Shown: in pieces, positions 25,877-39,202 of the stretch
Numbering within the stretch: the stretch's first letter is position 1
Layout: every line of letters begins with the position of its first letter
Assembly (NCBI RefSeq): GCF_030144855.1
Contig: NC_082714.1
Coordinates: forward strand, 93,434,001 to 93,498,000
From: Hypanus sabinus
Taxonomy: Eukaryota
DNA length: 64,000 bases
Direction: 5' to 3'
Notes under the pieces: generated by a model
What the model saw: only the letters and a program-made list of their open reading frames with translations
Database searches by the model: none
Told to the model about the DNA's origin: nothing
Program-made: the position numbers and the translations under genes

Positions 25877-26354
25877 GACCATTCTGGCCGAAGGAGCCGC
25901 ACCACCCAGCAGCTCACTGTTTTGACCGAAGCGCAATCAGAGGACAATTTACAATAACCAGCTAACCTACTAACGGGACTTCTTTTGACTGTAGAAGGGA
26001 ACCAGAGAACGTGAACGATGCTGCACCTGTCAGTATCTCCAGTTGAACTTTGTGTTTTTGTGTGATTTCCCCCCAGCCTTCTGTCTGTGGTTTTGTATTA
26101 CCATGTTTGTTTTCATGCCCCATTATTACCTGTCCCAGCTCCTGCTTTACTCCGAACATTGCATGACTGAGTACTTCGCCTTTCACCTGTTTCTCGTTAT
26201 TGCCAGTTTTCTGCCGCTTTTGTCTTATTGTGCCCCACCTATCATCTGGCTCGCTGTGCATTAGTCAGTGAATTTTAGTCCTGTGTTTTCACCTGTTTGT
26301 TGTCATATGGTGCCAATGAATTTTCCTGAGCCTTTCCAGCTTTCGTATCTACAC

Positions 26355-29300
26355 GTAGAACCATAGAACACAGAAACATTCCATTTGGCTCTTCATGGAT
26401 GTGCTGAACAATTTTTCTGCCTAGTCCCACTGACCTGCACCTGGCCTAGATCCCTCCATACTCCTCTCATCCATGTACCTCCCAAAGTTTTTCATAAATG
26501 TTAAAAGTAAGCCCGCATTTACCACTTCATCTGGCTGCTCATTCCACACTCCCACCACTCTCTTGGTGAAGAAGTCCGACCCCACCCCTAATGCTCCCTT
26601 TAAACTTTTCCCCCTTCACACTTAACCCATGTCCTCTGTATTCGTTCTCCCCTATCCTCAGTGGAAAGAAACCCTGCTTACATTCACTCTACCTATACCC
26701 ATCATAATTTTATATACCTCTATCAAGTCTACCCTCATTCTTCTACGCTCCAGGGATTAAAGTCCTAACAGTTTTCAACCTTTCCCAATAACTCAGTTTC
26801 TCAAGTCCCGGCAACATCCTTGTAAACCTTCTCTGCATTCTTTCAACGTTATTAATATTCTTCATGTAATTCGGTGACCAAAACCGCACACAATACTCCA
26901 AATTCGGCCTCACCAATGCCTCATACAACCTGACCATAACATCCCAACTTTTATACTCAGTACTTTGATTTATAAATGCCAATGTACCAAAAGCTCTCTT
27001 TGCTACCCGCTCTACCTCTGACGCCACTTTTAGGGAATTTTGTACCTGCATTCGTAGATCCCTCTGTTCGACTGCATTCCTCAGTGCCCTACAATTTACC
27101 TTGTACGTTCTACCTTAGTATTTCCTTCAAAGTGCAATACCTCACATTTGTCTGTATTAAACTCCATCTGCCATTTTCAGCCCATTTTTCCAGCTGGTCC
27201 AGATCCCTCTGCAAGCTTTGAAAACCTTCTACACTGTCCACCACAGCACCAAACTTTGTATCATCAGCAAATTTGCTGATCCAATTTACCATATTATCAT
27301 CCAGATCATGGAGATAGATGAAAAATAACAATGGACCCAGCACTGATTCCTGTGGCACATCATCAGCCACTCAGAGAAGCACTACCACTCTCTGACTTCT
27401 CCCACTTAGCCAATATCTAATCCAATTTAATACCTCACTATGTATACCCAGCGACTGAATCTTCCTAAATAACTCCCATGCGGGACTTTGTCAAAGGGCT
27501 TACTGAAGTCCATGTATACAACAACTGCTGCCTTCCCTTCACCCACTTTCCTTGTAACCTCCTCGAAAAACTCTAATAGACATGTTAAACATGACCTTCC
27601 ACGCACAAATCCGTGTTGACTCTCCCTAATAGTCCCTGTCTATCTAAATACTTGCAGATCCTATCTCTATCTCTTAGTAATCCTTCCAATAATTTATCTA
27701 CAATGGAAGTCAAAGTTACCGACCTATCATTTCCCGGATTACTTTTAGAACCTTTTTTTAAACAACAGAATAACATAAGCTTTCCTCCAATCCTCTGGCA
27801 CCTCACCCGTAGATAACAAGATTTTAAATATTTCTACCAGGGCCCCTACAATTTCAAAACTCTTCTCCTTCAAGGGCCGAGGGAATACCCTGTAAGGTCC
27901 TGAGAATTTATTTACTCTGTTTTTCCTCAAGATAGCAAGCACCTCCTCCTCTTCACTCTGTATAGGTTCCATGACCTCACTACTTGTTTGCTTTATTTCT
28001 ATTGACTCCATGCCAATTTCCTTCGTAAATACAGACACAAAAACCCATTTAAGATCTCCCCCATTTCTTTTGGTTCCATATAGAGCCGACCACTTTGATG
28101 TTCAAGAGGACCAATTTTATCCCTTACTATCCTTCTGCTCTTAATATACCTGCAGAAGCTCTTTGGGTTAACGTTCACGTTGATTGCCAGAGCTACCTCA
28201 TGCCATCTTTTAGCCCTCCTGATTACTTTCTTAAGTATTTTTTGCACTTTTTGTACTCCTCAAGTACCTTATCTACTCCCTGTTTCCTATACGTGTCATA
28301 CATCTTTCTCTTTTGCTTTATCAGAGGTCTAATATCGCCAGAGAAACAAGGTTGCATATCCTTATTCAATTTTCCTTTAATCTTGACAGTAAGATACAAA
28401 CAGTCTCAAAATTTCTTCTTTGAAGGCCTCCCACTTACCAACGACATCCTTGCCAGAGAACAACCTGTCCCAATCCATGCTTTTCAGATCGTTTCTCATT
28501 TCTTCAAATTTAGCTTTTTTCCAGTTTAGAAACTCAACCCGAGGACCAGATCTATCTTTATCCACGATCAAGTTGAAACTAATGGTGTTGTGATCACTGG
28601 AACCAAAGTGTTCCCCTACACACACTTCCATCACCTGTCCTAAGTCGTTTCCTAATAAGAGATCTGATATTGCATCCTCTCTCGCTGATACCTCTATATA
28701 TTGATTTAGAAAACTTTCCTGGACGTATGTTACACACTCTAAGCCGTCTAGGCCTTTAACAGTGTGGGAGTCACAATCAATACTTGGGAAATTAAAATAC
28801 CTTACTATCAAAATTTTATGTTTTCTGCAGTTGTCTGCTATCTCTCTGCAGATTTGTTCCTCGAATTCTCGCTGACTATTGGGTGGTCTAAAATACAACC
28901 CTGATTAATGTGGTCATGCTTTTCCTGTTTCTCAGCTCCACCCATGTGGCCTTGGTAGGCAAGCCTTCTAATCTGCCCTGCCTGAGCACTGCTGTAACAT
29001 TTTCCCCGACTAGCAATGCAACCACCCACCCTTCATCCCTCTGCCTCTATCACGTCTGAAACAACGGAAAACTGGAACATTAAGCTGCCAGTCCTGTCCC
29101 TCCTGCAGCCATGTTTCACTAATTGCTACAATGTCATAATTCCACGTGTCAATCCACGCACTCAGCTCTTCAGCTTTCCTCAAAATACTCCTCTTAAGAT
29201 TATTACCACGACACACAACTCTTCTATTTGTAACTTTCCATGAAACTTTAACATCACTTGTTTTCATCCCCGCTCCACTATCTACTCTGGCACTCTTGTT

Positions 29301-29830
29301 CCCATTCCCCTGCAAATCTAGTTTAACCTCCTCCCACCCCCAATAGCACTATCAAAACTCCCTGCAAGGATATTGCTCCCCCTGTAGTTCAGGTGTAACC
29401 CGTCTCTCATGTACAGGTCCCACCTGCCCCAGTAGAGGATCCAATGATCCTGAAATCTGAAACCCTGCCCCATACACCAGTTCTGCAGCCACGTGTTCAT
29501 CCTCCAGAGCATCCTATTCTTACCCTCACTGGCACGTGGCACTGGTAGGAATCCTGAGATTACCACCCTCGAAGTTATGCTTTCTAACTTCCTACCAAGC
29601 TGTCTATACTCACTCTTCAGGACCTCCTCACTCTTTCTGCCTACGTCATTGGAATCGATGAGTACCATGACATCTGGCTGCCCACACTCCCATTTCAGAA
29701 TGCCGTGCACGTCATTAGAGACATCCCTGACCCGGCACCCAGGAGGCAACAAACCATCCTGGAGTCTCTGTCGCGACAACCCAAGGCTCATCACCGCTGG
29801 AGACTCGATAGCATTACACATTTCGCCTCC
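26355..29830 (-). mobile_element. Decayed CR1 LINE with ORF1 SGNH-esterase, EN and RT
   Basis: GCRVRDVS..SNDVG..VVISGFLPVP..DGLHLN (29318-29842); YDIVAISETWL; VPQESVLGPLLF; LVRPNLEYCVRFWSP. Confidence 0.9.
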
Positions 29831-30344
29831 GACCTGTGTCATAAATACACCTTATGTTGAATGTTAATCTTCTGGATTATATGTCATTAAGTGTTAAAAT
29901 ATTTGTGGTAATATTATTTTGTCTGCTGCTTGTGAGTCATATACACCTTGTTGTAAACCTTAGTCCGGAAGAACTGTAGTTCGTTTGATTGACTGGCTAT
30001 GAATCTGAACTTCAAGACGGAAGTGAAGGTAAATATATTTCGCCCAATGAAGGTTATAAAGTGGAGTAATCAGTCTGTAAGGTGGTCTCAGGTGGCGTCG
30101 ATAAATGGCGTGTCTTTGCGAGCATCTCCGATAGGAATGGTCAACATTTCCCAGTTAGGTCTGCTGCAGCTGAAATCCATAGTTGCTGGTGCGTCACCAA
30201 GTAACATCGGCGAACTCCATTGCCGCTGCTTGATCCTCCGAGTGTGCCCAGCATTCTCTACTTCTCTTGATTTTCAATTTTGTTTGCAAAAATCACTTGC
30301 ATAATAATATATATCTGGAAATTTGGTGGGTGGAGATGTACATA

Positions 30345-30800
30345 AGACCATACGACCATAAGACATAGGAACAGAAGTAGGCCATTCGGCCCATCGAGTA
30401 TGCTCCGCCATTCCATCATGGCGGATCCCGGATCCCAGTCAACTCCATACACCTGCCCTCTTGCTATATCCTTTGACGCCCTGACCAATCAGTTTACTGA
30501 TCAGTCACTCAGTCAACCTGCGCCTTAAATGTACCCATGGCCTTGGCCTCCACTGCAGTCTGTGGAAGAGCATTCCACGGATTTACTACGTTCTGCTTTT
30601 ATTTCTGTTCTAAATGGTCGCCTTTTTTAAGACTGTGGTCTCTAGCTCTGCATACCATTACCGTAGGAAACATCCTCTCCACATCCACCATATCTAGTCC
30701 GTCCAACTTTCGGTTAGCTTCAATAAGATCACCTCCACCTTGCAATCTTCTAAATTCCGGAGAGTACAGGCCCAAAGCGGCCAAATTATCCTGGCGTGGA
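30345..30800 (-). mobile_element. CR1 3' fragment
   Basis: LGLYSPEFRRLQG..DLIE; tail (CATAAGA/CATACGA) repeats at about 30341-30365. Confidence 0.7.
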
Positions 30801-30804
30801 AACT

Positions 30805-33800
30805 GAAAAAAAAGATAGCAGAAAATACAATTCATAGAATTAGGAATTCAAGAACAAAAATGATAAAAAGAACATAAGTTAAGATAAATTAAAGAAGCTG
30901 TTGAAGTGTTTTACAAACCACAATATTCGAAAGTTCTAGGGGAAAACATAACCGAAATTGACACATTCCTGAATGCTCTAGAGTTACCCACTTGAAGCGA
31001 AGAACAAAATAGAACGATGACTGTTAACATAACTGAAGTTGAATTATAAGCGCAATTAGCAGGGTAAAATTAAGCGAGTCACCAGGATCAGATGGGTATA
31101 CGGCAGAGTGGTACAAAGGATTTAAAAATGAATTAATTTCTGTCGTACTCCCCACACTGAGCTGGGCTCTAATAAAGACACAAGTGCCACCCAGCTGGAA
31201 GGAAGCGATAATCTCAGCTATACCGAAAGAAGGCAAGGATAAAATGGAATGTGGGTCATTTAGACCGATATCCGTTCTTAATGTAGATTATTGATTATTT
31301 AGCTCCATCATGGGCAAACAATTAGAAGAGTTTCTATCCAGACTGATTGTTACATACCCCGTGGGTATCTTGTGACTGTCTTATCACCATGATGTAATTG
31401 AGTATCTGGTGGACATGGTGGAATGGTGTTGTGATGGTAGGGTGATGTAATTTCCCGCCAGTTTTAAGTCACGTTACGACCTGTTCCAACAGGTAAAAAT
31501 GGAACAACCTGCTGTGACGCAGGAGATTTTTGTGTTTAGTCGTCGTTATTTACTCCTTTATGCTGCTTATTTGATTTCATGACGCAGTTTCATTTTAAAG
31601 TGGAGTTTTTATTTCTACTGTAAGAGTCTCAAAGGTTTTTGCCGACAGATTCAAAAACGCTGCCAGTTGTGGTTTGATTTACTTTTAACGTATTGGAGAG
31701 TGAAGATTGTATCGAAGTACGGGAACCCGGAAGGATCCAGTAAAGTTGGTGTCGTCGGTATTTTAATACAGGATGTATTGGTCTTCGTTCAAGGAAGCAG
31801 TAAATTGGTTCAAGGAAGCAGTAAATTGCAACCGGGATAACCCGTGCATTGTAGTAAGAGCAGAAAGGATTGGATGTAGCGTTATTCGTTCAAGGAAAAG
31901 GTCAGTTCCTTTAAGCCGTTTTTATTTCCTTCGTCGTAAATCCTTCAGGAATGGCATATTTTAGCTTGGATCAACAGCAACGTCACGTCGTCGAGGAATT
32001 CGTTTAATCAGGAAAGTCTCTCCTAATTGACTGTGTAAATCATTCGGACTTTTACAACAGTGTTCGCATTTACTGCTTTAACATTTGTTCGAGTTGCCGT
32101 ACAGCAGTTAACTTCTGGTTAAGTTAGTCGTTCTTTTACTTTTCATTTGTATTGAGAAGTGTTTAATAAATGTTTAATCTGTCTTAATTCTATATTCATT
32201 GTTGCCAGAGACCTACCGTAGCATAACACTGATACCTAACGACCAGACAGGTTTTATATAACAACGCCAAACACAAGACAATACACGAAGGAAACTTCAC
32301 ATTACGGATAATATATACAAAAAAATCGAAGCAATAGTGATAAGTGCAGACGCTGAAAATGCATTTGAGTCGACCGATGGGAATATTGTTTACAGAGTTT
32401 CACATAGATTTGGTTTCCATGACACAATTATTAAAATTGTACACGCACCATATGACAACACTACTGCTAGGATTAAAATCAATGGATATTTATCAAATAG
32501 CCTTACCCTAGAATGTGGCACGAGACAGGGTTGTGCCTGGTCACCGCTACTCTTCGCATTATATCTGGAACCATTAGCACAATTCATCAGACAAAATGAA
32601 AATATCAGGGGTATTACTATTAAAGGGACAGAGCATAATTTGGCCTGTTATGTGGATTACATTTTGATCTATCTAGGGCAAGCAACATATTCTTTACCTA
32701 AGTTGATGCAATCCTTTGAACAATATGGTCAATTATCAGGATACAAGATCAACATAGATAAACCCCACTTACTTTCATGTAATTATAGCTGACCAAGAGA
32801 AATTCAAAGTAGATAACCCTGGGCATGGCAAAGAGAGTCTTTCAAATATTTGGGCATCCTTATGCCACAAGGTTTGGCAAAATTATCAGAATGCAATTAT
32901 CAGCATATATATTAAAAAATTAAGGTAGATATAACAAGAATATACTGCCCAGGATATTATAACTCTCTCAAACACTACCAATAGAGATGAATCAAAATCA
33001 GTTCAGTGAATGGAACAAGATATTATCAAGATATATTTGGCAAGATAAAAGGTCCAGAGTTCGTCTCAAAACATTGCAGTTAGCCAAGGATAAGGGGGAT
33101 GGGGTCTACCTTCTCTGAGAGATTATTATTTTGCTGCACAATTGAGAATTGTGATGTGTTGAGGCAACCCATCATCTGACACTCTTTGGAGAAACATTGA
33201 GGATGCGGGTACTTCCCATCCTGATACAGGCAATTTTGGCTGATAACAACCTACAAAGATACATATGTACTATTGATAAACCATGGGTGAAATGGACTCT
33301 GACAATAAGAAAAGGTATTATAAAAGGATATGAACTAGAGAGAGATATTGTAATTCTTAAATGGTGTACAAATGACTCGGATTTTACGCCGAATAAACTG
33401 GATGCTAGATTTCAGGACTGGACAGTTAAAGGAATAACAGTTCTTTGCAACATAATGCAGGAAGAAACACTGTTCAATTTTGGAATGCTTAATTTAAAGA
33501 CGAACAGTTATTAGAAAAACAAGAATTTTATCGGTATTTACAGATGCGACAATATGCTAATAGGTTGGTTAAAATGCAATTAAGGCAAGTACGTGTTTGA
33601 TAGAGCAACTTAGAAAAAACATGTAATTCAGATAACGATAGTAGTATCATTTCAAGCGTGTATAAGGGTTTATCAAATCTTAAACACATTCGACTTCATA
33701 CATTAAGCAAAATGGGAGAAGGAAGGAAGGAAGGATAATTATATTTGAGGAAGAATGGACAAAAATATGCAGGTATCAATGGAAGTGTTTTATAAAATAA

Positions 33801-34490
33801 GGTATTTTATTACACTCTCTCAGAAATCACATTATGATAGTAATCTCCCTGTTTTCTGAAGAAATTGTGGAAATCTAAATGAAAACCATTATCATATTTT
33901 CTGGGAATGCCCCGTTATCAAAAACGAATGGAGTGGGATACACAACGCCCTACAAGACATCTTTAAATGTGAAATAGCCTTAGAAAATTAGACCATATAT
34001 TTTGGGAATATATCTCAAGATTGGTTGAAAAGAGATAAATATTTAATGAATATACTGCTTGTGAATGGTAAAAAGACTTACTAGGAAATGGTTATCACGG
34101 GAGAGCCCAACCTTCAATGCATGGATGGAAATTACAACGGAGATTAACAAAATGGAGAAGATAATAGGATCTGTTTATCATAATTTGGAATAATTTGATT
34201 CATACTGGGAAAATGGTTTAACTACATAACACCGTATAGGTCTGATTTTATTTTCACGAATCGATGAATATGTTACAAGTAATAGACCACTCCCTACTTG
34301 TACATAGTTTTCTCCTTTCGCTTGTTCTTTCTTTTCTCTCTTTTTTATAACTGTATACCTCAGATAAATATTATGTGGAAATTTGCGACATTTATGACTG
34401 TATGATATTTATGTACCTTATCTGAAATACATCTTATGGAAATTGTTGTTGATGATGAACTTCAATAAAAATAATTTACAAAAAAAAAGG
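30805..34490 (+). mobile_element. Decayed L1-clade ORF2 with 3' UTR and A-rich tail
   Basis: SPGSDGYTAEWYK, GTRQGCAWSPLLFALYLEPL; aataaaaataatttacaaaaaaaaa at about 34464-34488. Confidence 0.88.
31348..32228. mobile_element. Solo LTR (881 bp) inserted in L1
   Basis: TGTTA...TAACA termini; 5-bp TSD CTGAT at 31343-31347 and 32229-32233; host L1 joins cleanly across it; internal AATAAA at about 32165. Confidence 0.85.
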
Positions 34491-36729
34491 CTTTGAATAT
34501 GCTTGAATGACAACATCAACGTTAGTCATGAAAAATGAGCCCGTAGAAATATTGTTAATCCCTGAGCGTCAGGTCTTGAGTCGTTCAAAGAGTTTCAGGT
34601 TGACCCAAGGTTCGGTAGGTTTCGATCCAACAAGCTAGAAACCAATCGGATTATCATCTGTGGGCAGAGGAGGATGCACCTCAAGAAAGGCATGAAGGAT
34701 CTGCGCTTGGGACTAGAATATATACCAAACATTGTGAATTAAAGTTATCGCACAGCGTAATCTACCATTGTTTAGAGGAGTCCCGACTGTGCCGATCTTC
34801 CACTTCGAGACACCTCCTTAAATAACTCAAGCACATTCGTAAACTATGTCTCCCGTTTCATAAGTCGGACTCCGCTCATACCCATCATTCTTATATCGAA
34901 TATCAAGTTTGTGCATCTGTTATAGGTTCTCAGATAGCGTCGGTACCTGAGCCGTACTGCCGTGTGTCTGACGCGTTGAGGATTAAGGATTGTGACCCCG
35001 TGTATTGAAAGAACATTATCTGACCAATTTATAGTTTATTACGGAAATGTCTTATACGTCCGAAAATGGCAGTAATCCCTAGTATACCAGCAGTCGGTCT
35101 ATGCAGTTAGTTGCTAATTACTTCACATTTACCACTGCCTCTCACTGCGTCATGACTTCCTTATGCATTTCCCAATATTACATTCCCCCGCACCCCCTAA
35201 ATGAGAATAGTTCCCAAGTACACCATTCTTTCATGGAATCTTATATATCGAGTAAAGCAAAATATTTTAAGGGTTACCAAGTTCCTAAAGTCTGCAAAGG
35301 GTTAGACAGGGCATGAATGCTTCAATGCCTCTCCGAGGAGATATTGAAAGATTATGTGGCGAGGTTTGGGAATGTAACAATTGATTTTCAAATGGTCATG
35401 ACTGAGGATAAAATCGGCAAATGACATGTTTGCCTTTAATGGCAGGAGTGTTGAGTATAAAAGTATAGTATCATGCTGCATCGAAATAAAACTCTGGCCA
35501 GACCGCCCGTGGAGTATTGCGTGCAGTCGGGTTACTCACAGGGTCACAATGAAATGGCAAACATCATTCACAAAAAGCGTCCTCTTGAAGTACAAACTCG
35601 TGAAAAGTAACTCCGTTTACTATAAATACAAGCCACATCCAGTTTTAGGGCCAGTGTCCTGCAAATTGCATTATGGCATATACTTTATTACTGATAGGAC
35701 ATTTTTTGTTAACTTCCTGGATATAATATTAAATGAAAAATAAAACAAGAACAACTTACTTAGTATATACAGCCACTCGAAGCACACATAACACACATAA
35801 TTGAATAAGTGAAAACCGCTAGATATATGCTGAATAAAAAGAAAAATTGAAAGTCTGAAAGCTATGAACAGCGAATTCATGTTCTGATAGCAATACCTAC
35901 AACTAGTGCCATTTCAACGTGGCTACACAAAGGCATTAAATATTAAGCATACAAAGCAACATTTATATCACAAAACTAAACTCCACATCGAGAATTGGGC
36001 GTGCTTGGCTGTGCCCGGAGCTCATATCGTAACGGGGTGAGATGAGAAAAAATAGTGATAAGATTTCAGCAGTAAAAAAAATGTCATTATCATCGTTATT
36101 GTGTGCCGTGTCCTACCTAACTGTTATCAATACTCTTCAGAGATTGCCTGGTTTATGTGGTCGTATAAACAAGACTCCTGATATGCATCAGCGGCTCATA
36201 CTATCATCCACAAGCTGATGGCTTCACTTAACCCTTATTCGGGCCAAAGCAGGTGCTACCACTTGCTCAAAGCTGACCTGCATGCTGGAGTTGCGAAAGA
36301 ACACCTTAAATCTCTTTTGCTCGAGACGTATGTCTACCCCACCACCTAAAGTAAAAATATGACAAAGGCATTGAACACTTTCGCTGTACCCGGATCAACT
36401 TATTCATTTGGCAGAATACCTTGGCCCGAAACCGATCTTGAAAAGTTATGAAGAAAAAGAAGAACTGAAATGACTAATCTCAGAAAACAATATGAATGCT
36501 TGAACGCACTTACAGTAACACTACCTTGGACAGAATGAGGAAGAGTAATAACCGATATTAAAATACACACCCGTTAGCTATCACTTTTAAGGATATACTT
36601 TCATCAACGAAAAGAGGATTCAGCACTCCACGCTAGCATGTGCAACATTGCTAGCATATACAAACGACTAATCTTCAAGGAAAACACAACCCAGAAAGAT
36701 GAGGAAATTGTCAGCATAGAAGAAAGGTT

Positions 36730-36960
36730 TAACCAATTGAAGAGCATGATCCTCCATGGAGCACTTCCCACGATCGGAGCAGACTAGACGTCGACAAAGA
36801 ATCGTCGAATGCCTGACTCGAAGATGAAGACCGCTTCCCAGGAACAGAGGAACTCTTTGTGGCATAAATGCCGACTATGCCAAGAGGAACCAGGAATATT
36901 ACAAACGTTCACAGGTCTCTGCAGCAGCTGAACTCCGCCTTGCTACCCACCCCGGCACAA
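36730..36960 (-). pseudogene. Second, more decayed V-like Ig exon
   Basis: Motifs in order across frames: GSKAEFSC (36947-36924), YSWF (Trp at 36890), DDSLSTSSLL, EDHAL at 36740-36754 (EDSAxYYC-like). Confidence 0.4.
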
Positions 36961-37930
36961 TCAACTGACAAACGTCATTCACTAAAATCTCGCTCGAGAA
37001 ACCAAAATCATAAAAGACACTGTACCTGACCATTAATGAAAACCTAATTCAGTTTTAGAGTCGGAACCCTTCAAATTATATAATGACTGAACGAGAGAAA
37101 ATGTGCAGACGCTGGAAATAAAAATAATACACACAAAATGCTGATGAAGGGACTCGACTGTTTACTCTTTTCCATAGACTGTGCCCGGCCTGTGGAGTTA
37201 CTCCAGCATTTTATGTGTATTACTATCTGATGACCGATCCTTTATTACCGAAAGGCCGATCCGTAAGAACCGACTGGATGTAATATTATCGGACAAAAAG
37301 CAAACAAGCCATTTCAAGCTCTGATAACATACAGAAATGAATACGCGAAAATCACGAGATGTATGCTAAATTAAAAGAGGAACATGGAAGTCTATGGTAC
37401 ACGAACAGGGTATACTAAACACAGCATTGAGAAGTAGGCATGCTTGACTATGCCAGTACCTCATATTTTACCAGCCTGAGCTGAGAAAAAGTAAAAATGA
37501 TCAGATCTCAATTGTAAATCTGTCCGAATAGTAATATCTACAACTAGTTAATCCTACAGTCACTACACAATAGGATTAACCAATTAGGCCTACACAAAAA
37601 TATTTCTATAAATCCCCAGAAAGCGACAATGCAAAATACCTCTAGAAAGTTTCTAGCAATTGAGAAATAAATGTGCCTGGCTATGTCCGTACCTCAGGTT
37701 TTAACAGTGTGAGCTAGGCAAAAAATAGAACAACAATATCAGTAGAAGCAATATACACAGGGAGACGACGAATAGTGGGAAACGCTTTTTCCAGGACTTC
37801 AGACATCCCAACCGTCAGGGACTTCTGTCTAATTCGCCCCACTCCCAGCCACAACTAAGTTCTGCGTCTACTCTTCTAAACCCATTGGCTGCAATTATAA
37901 CACAGAGCCTCAAAAAAGGGACTGCAGTAA

Positions 37931-38070
37931 CTATTCATAGTTATATGGATATGCCAGGAAAAAGCGAACCGTCAGCAGAACTACGATCTTTAGGTGAGAG
38001 ATTGAAGCAAAAATGAAGATAACCAGGATGACAAGGCGCTCAAGAAAGATCGGTCTGGGAAGATACCAGC
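37931..38070 (-). pseudogene. Putative transmembrane exon downstream of the C1 relic
   Basis: Acceptor ctctttctctag| at 38070, phase 1; reads GWYLPRPIFLERLVILVIFIFASISHLKIVVLLTVRFFL, a long hydrophobic stretch. The 3' boundary is uncertain. Confidence 0.45.
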
Positions 38071-38482
38071 CTAGAGAAAGAGAATTGTTGCTTGGGGAAA
38101 TCATAGCCTCCAAGCCTTCATTTGGTTGTCATGTGAATCACTCGAAACAGATATACATTAATTCTAAAGAGGAAGAGAGAGAGCAAAATAAATAAACGAA
38201 CTCGTCAAGAACATCAGGCATTTAAGTAAAGGTTCACCTCCAGTTGCTCAAAGGGCTATTCGGATTGGGAAAACAATTATGGGGTTGGTGAAGATGAGCA
38301 AATCCTTAAATGAATAAATACAGATAAATACTAACTGTGATGTTGATGAAACAGCGAGTTACTCCAGCTGACATAACACCTTAAGTCATAGTAGCGGAAT
38401 TAGACCATTTGGCCCATCGAGTCTGCTCTGGTTTTCCATCACAGATGAGTATCAATATTTTATGTGCAAAACGTCGTCTCAC

Positions 38483-38803
38483 CTTGATCTGATTCAATTG
38501 TATGTTGCAACACGCTCTTGATTCTCGTTTTTCCCGCAACCACAAGTAGCACGATGCAGGTATAGACTCCGCCATTCCTCCAGGTTACCAAATGGATCAT
38601 CACCTGACTTATAGCACTATAGCTCTGTTCAGGGTCAAATGTGCCCGGATCGCTCCATCCTTCCATGATCTGTCCCGATATGCTGCAGTAAAAGACAATT
38701 TGGACGCAAGAAAGGCCGCTGACAAGATGCACCAGGGGAACCGGCCTGTTACTCTCAGACGGCGGGACAAATACCAGGATGTAGCTCCGGTTGGTGGTGC
38801 CGT
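38483..38803 (-). pseudogene. C1-set Ig exon, open but lacking the first canonical Cys and the Trp
   Basis: 321 nt, phase 1-1, acceptor tttctgtccag| and donor CAAG|gtgaga; YILVFVPPSE...PVPLV(H)LVSGLS..IVFY(C)SISG...SYSAISQVMI..TWRNGGVYTCIV. His and Cys sit where Cys and Trp are expected. Confidence 0.75.
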
Positions 38804-38829
38804 CTGGACAGAAATTGATACAGCGTTAA

Positions 38830-39089
38830 CCGCAGCTTCAATAGAAGTATATGGCTGATTATAATCCCGGATTTCCAGCACTGATGTGCGTCTTTTTGTA
38901 AGTAGTCCTCGAGCCGGTCTGTCAACAGTCGGTGATTTGATCGCTACCGGGGTTTCGGCCGCACGCTGTTTGTGCCACAGGATATAGCTCGCGGCCTCCA
39001 GTTTCTGCTTGTGTCACAGGTAAGTTCAACCGTCTGACCACATCTACTGTCATTGCAGCCGGATTCGAGAAAGGGCTTGGGGTTTTCAA
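38830..39089 (-). pseudogene. Decayed V-set Ig exon of a non-rearranging IgSF receptor
   Basis: Acceptor attctag| at 39089; across frameshifts reads PAAMTVDV(G)QTVELTC...SYILWHKQRAAETPVAIK...RTSVLEIRD...SAIYF(Y): B-strand Cys, C-strand Trp, E and F strands. Confidence 0.7.
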
Positions 39090-39202
39090 CTAGAATTATT
39101 ATCAGTTAGTCGTAATAATCTACTACGAAATAGAAAGAAGTAGAAATTCGTTTCTGTTTATTTGTTAAGGTATCTGAACAACATCGAAGGGAAGACCAGA
39201 AA

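Noticed and set aside
25532-25957. ORFs spanning 25.6-25.9 kb and 39.2-39.6 kb
   Set aside because: Artefacts of N runs (poly-X).
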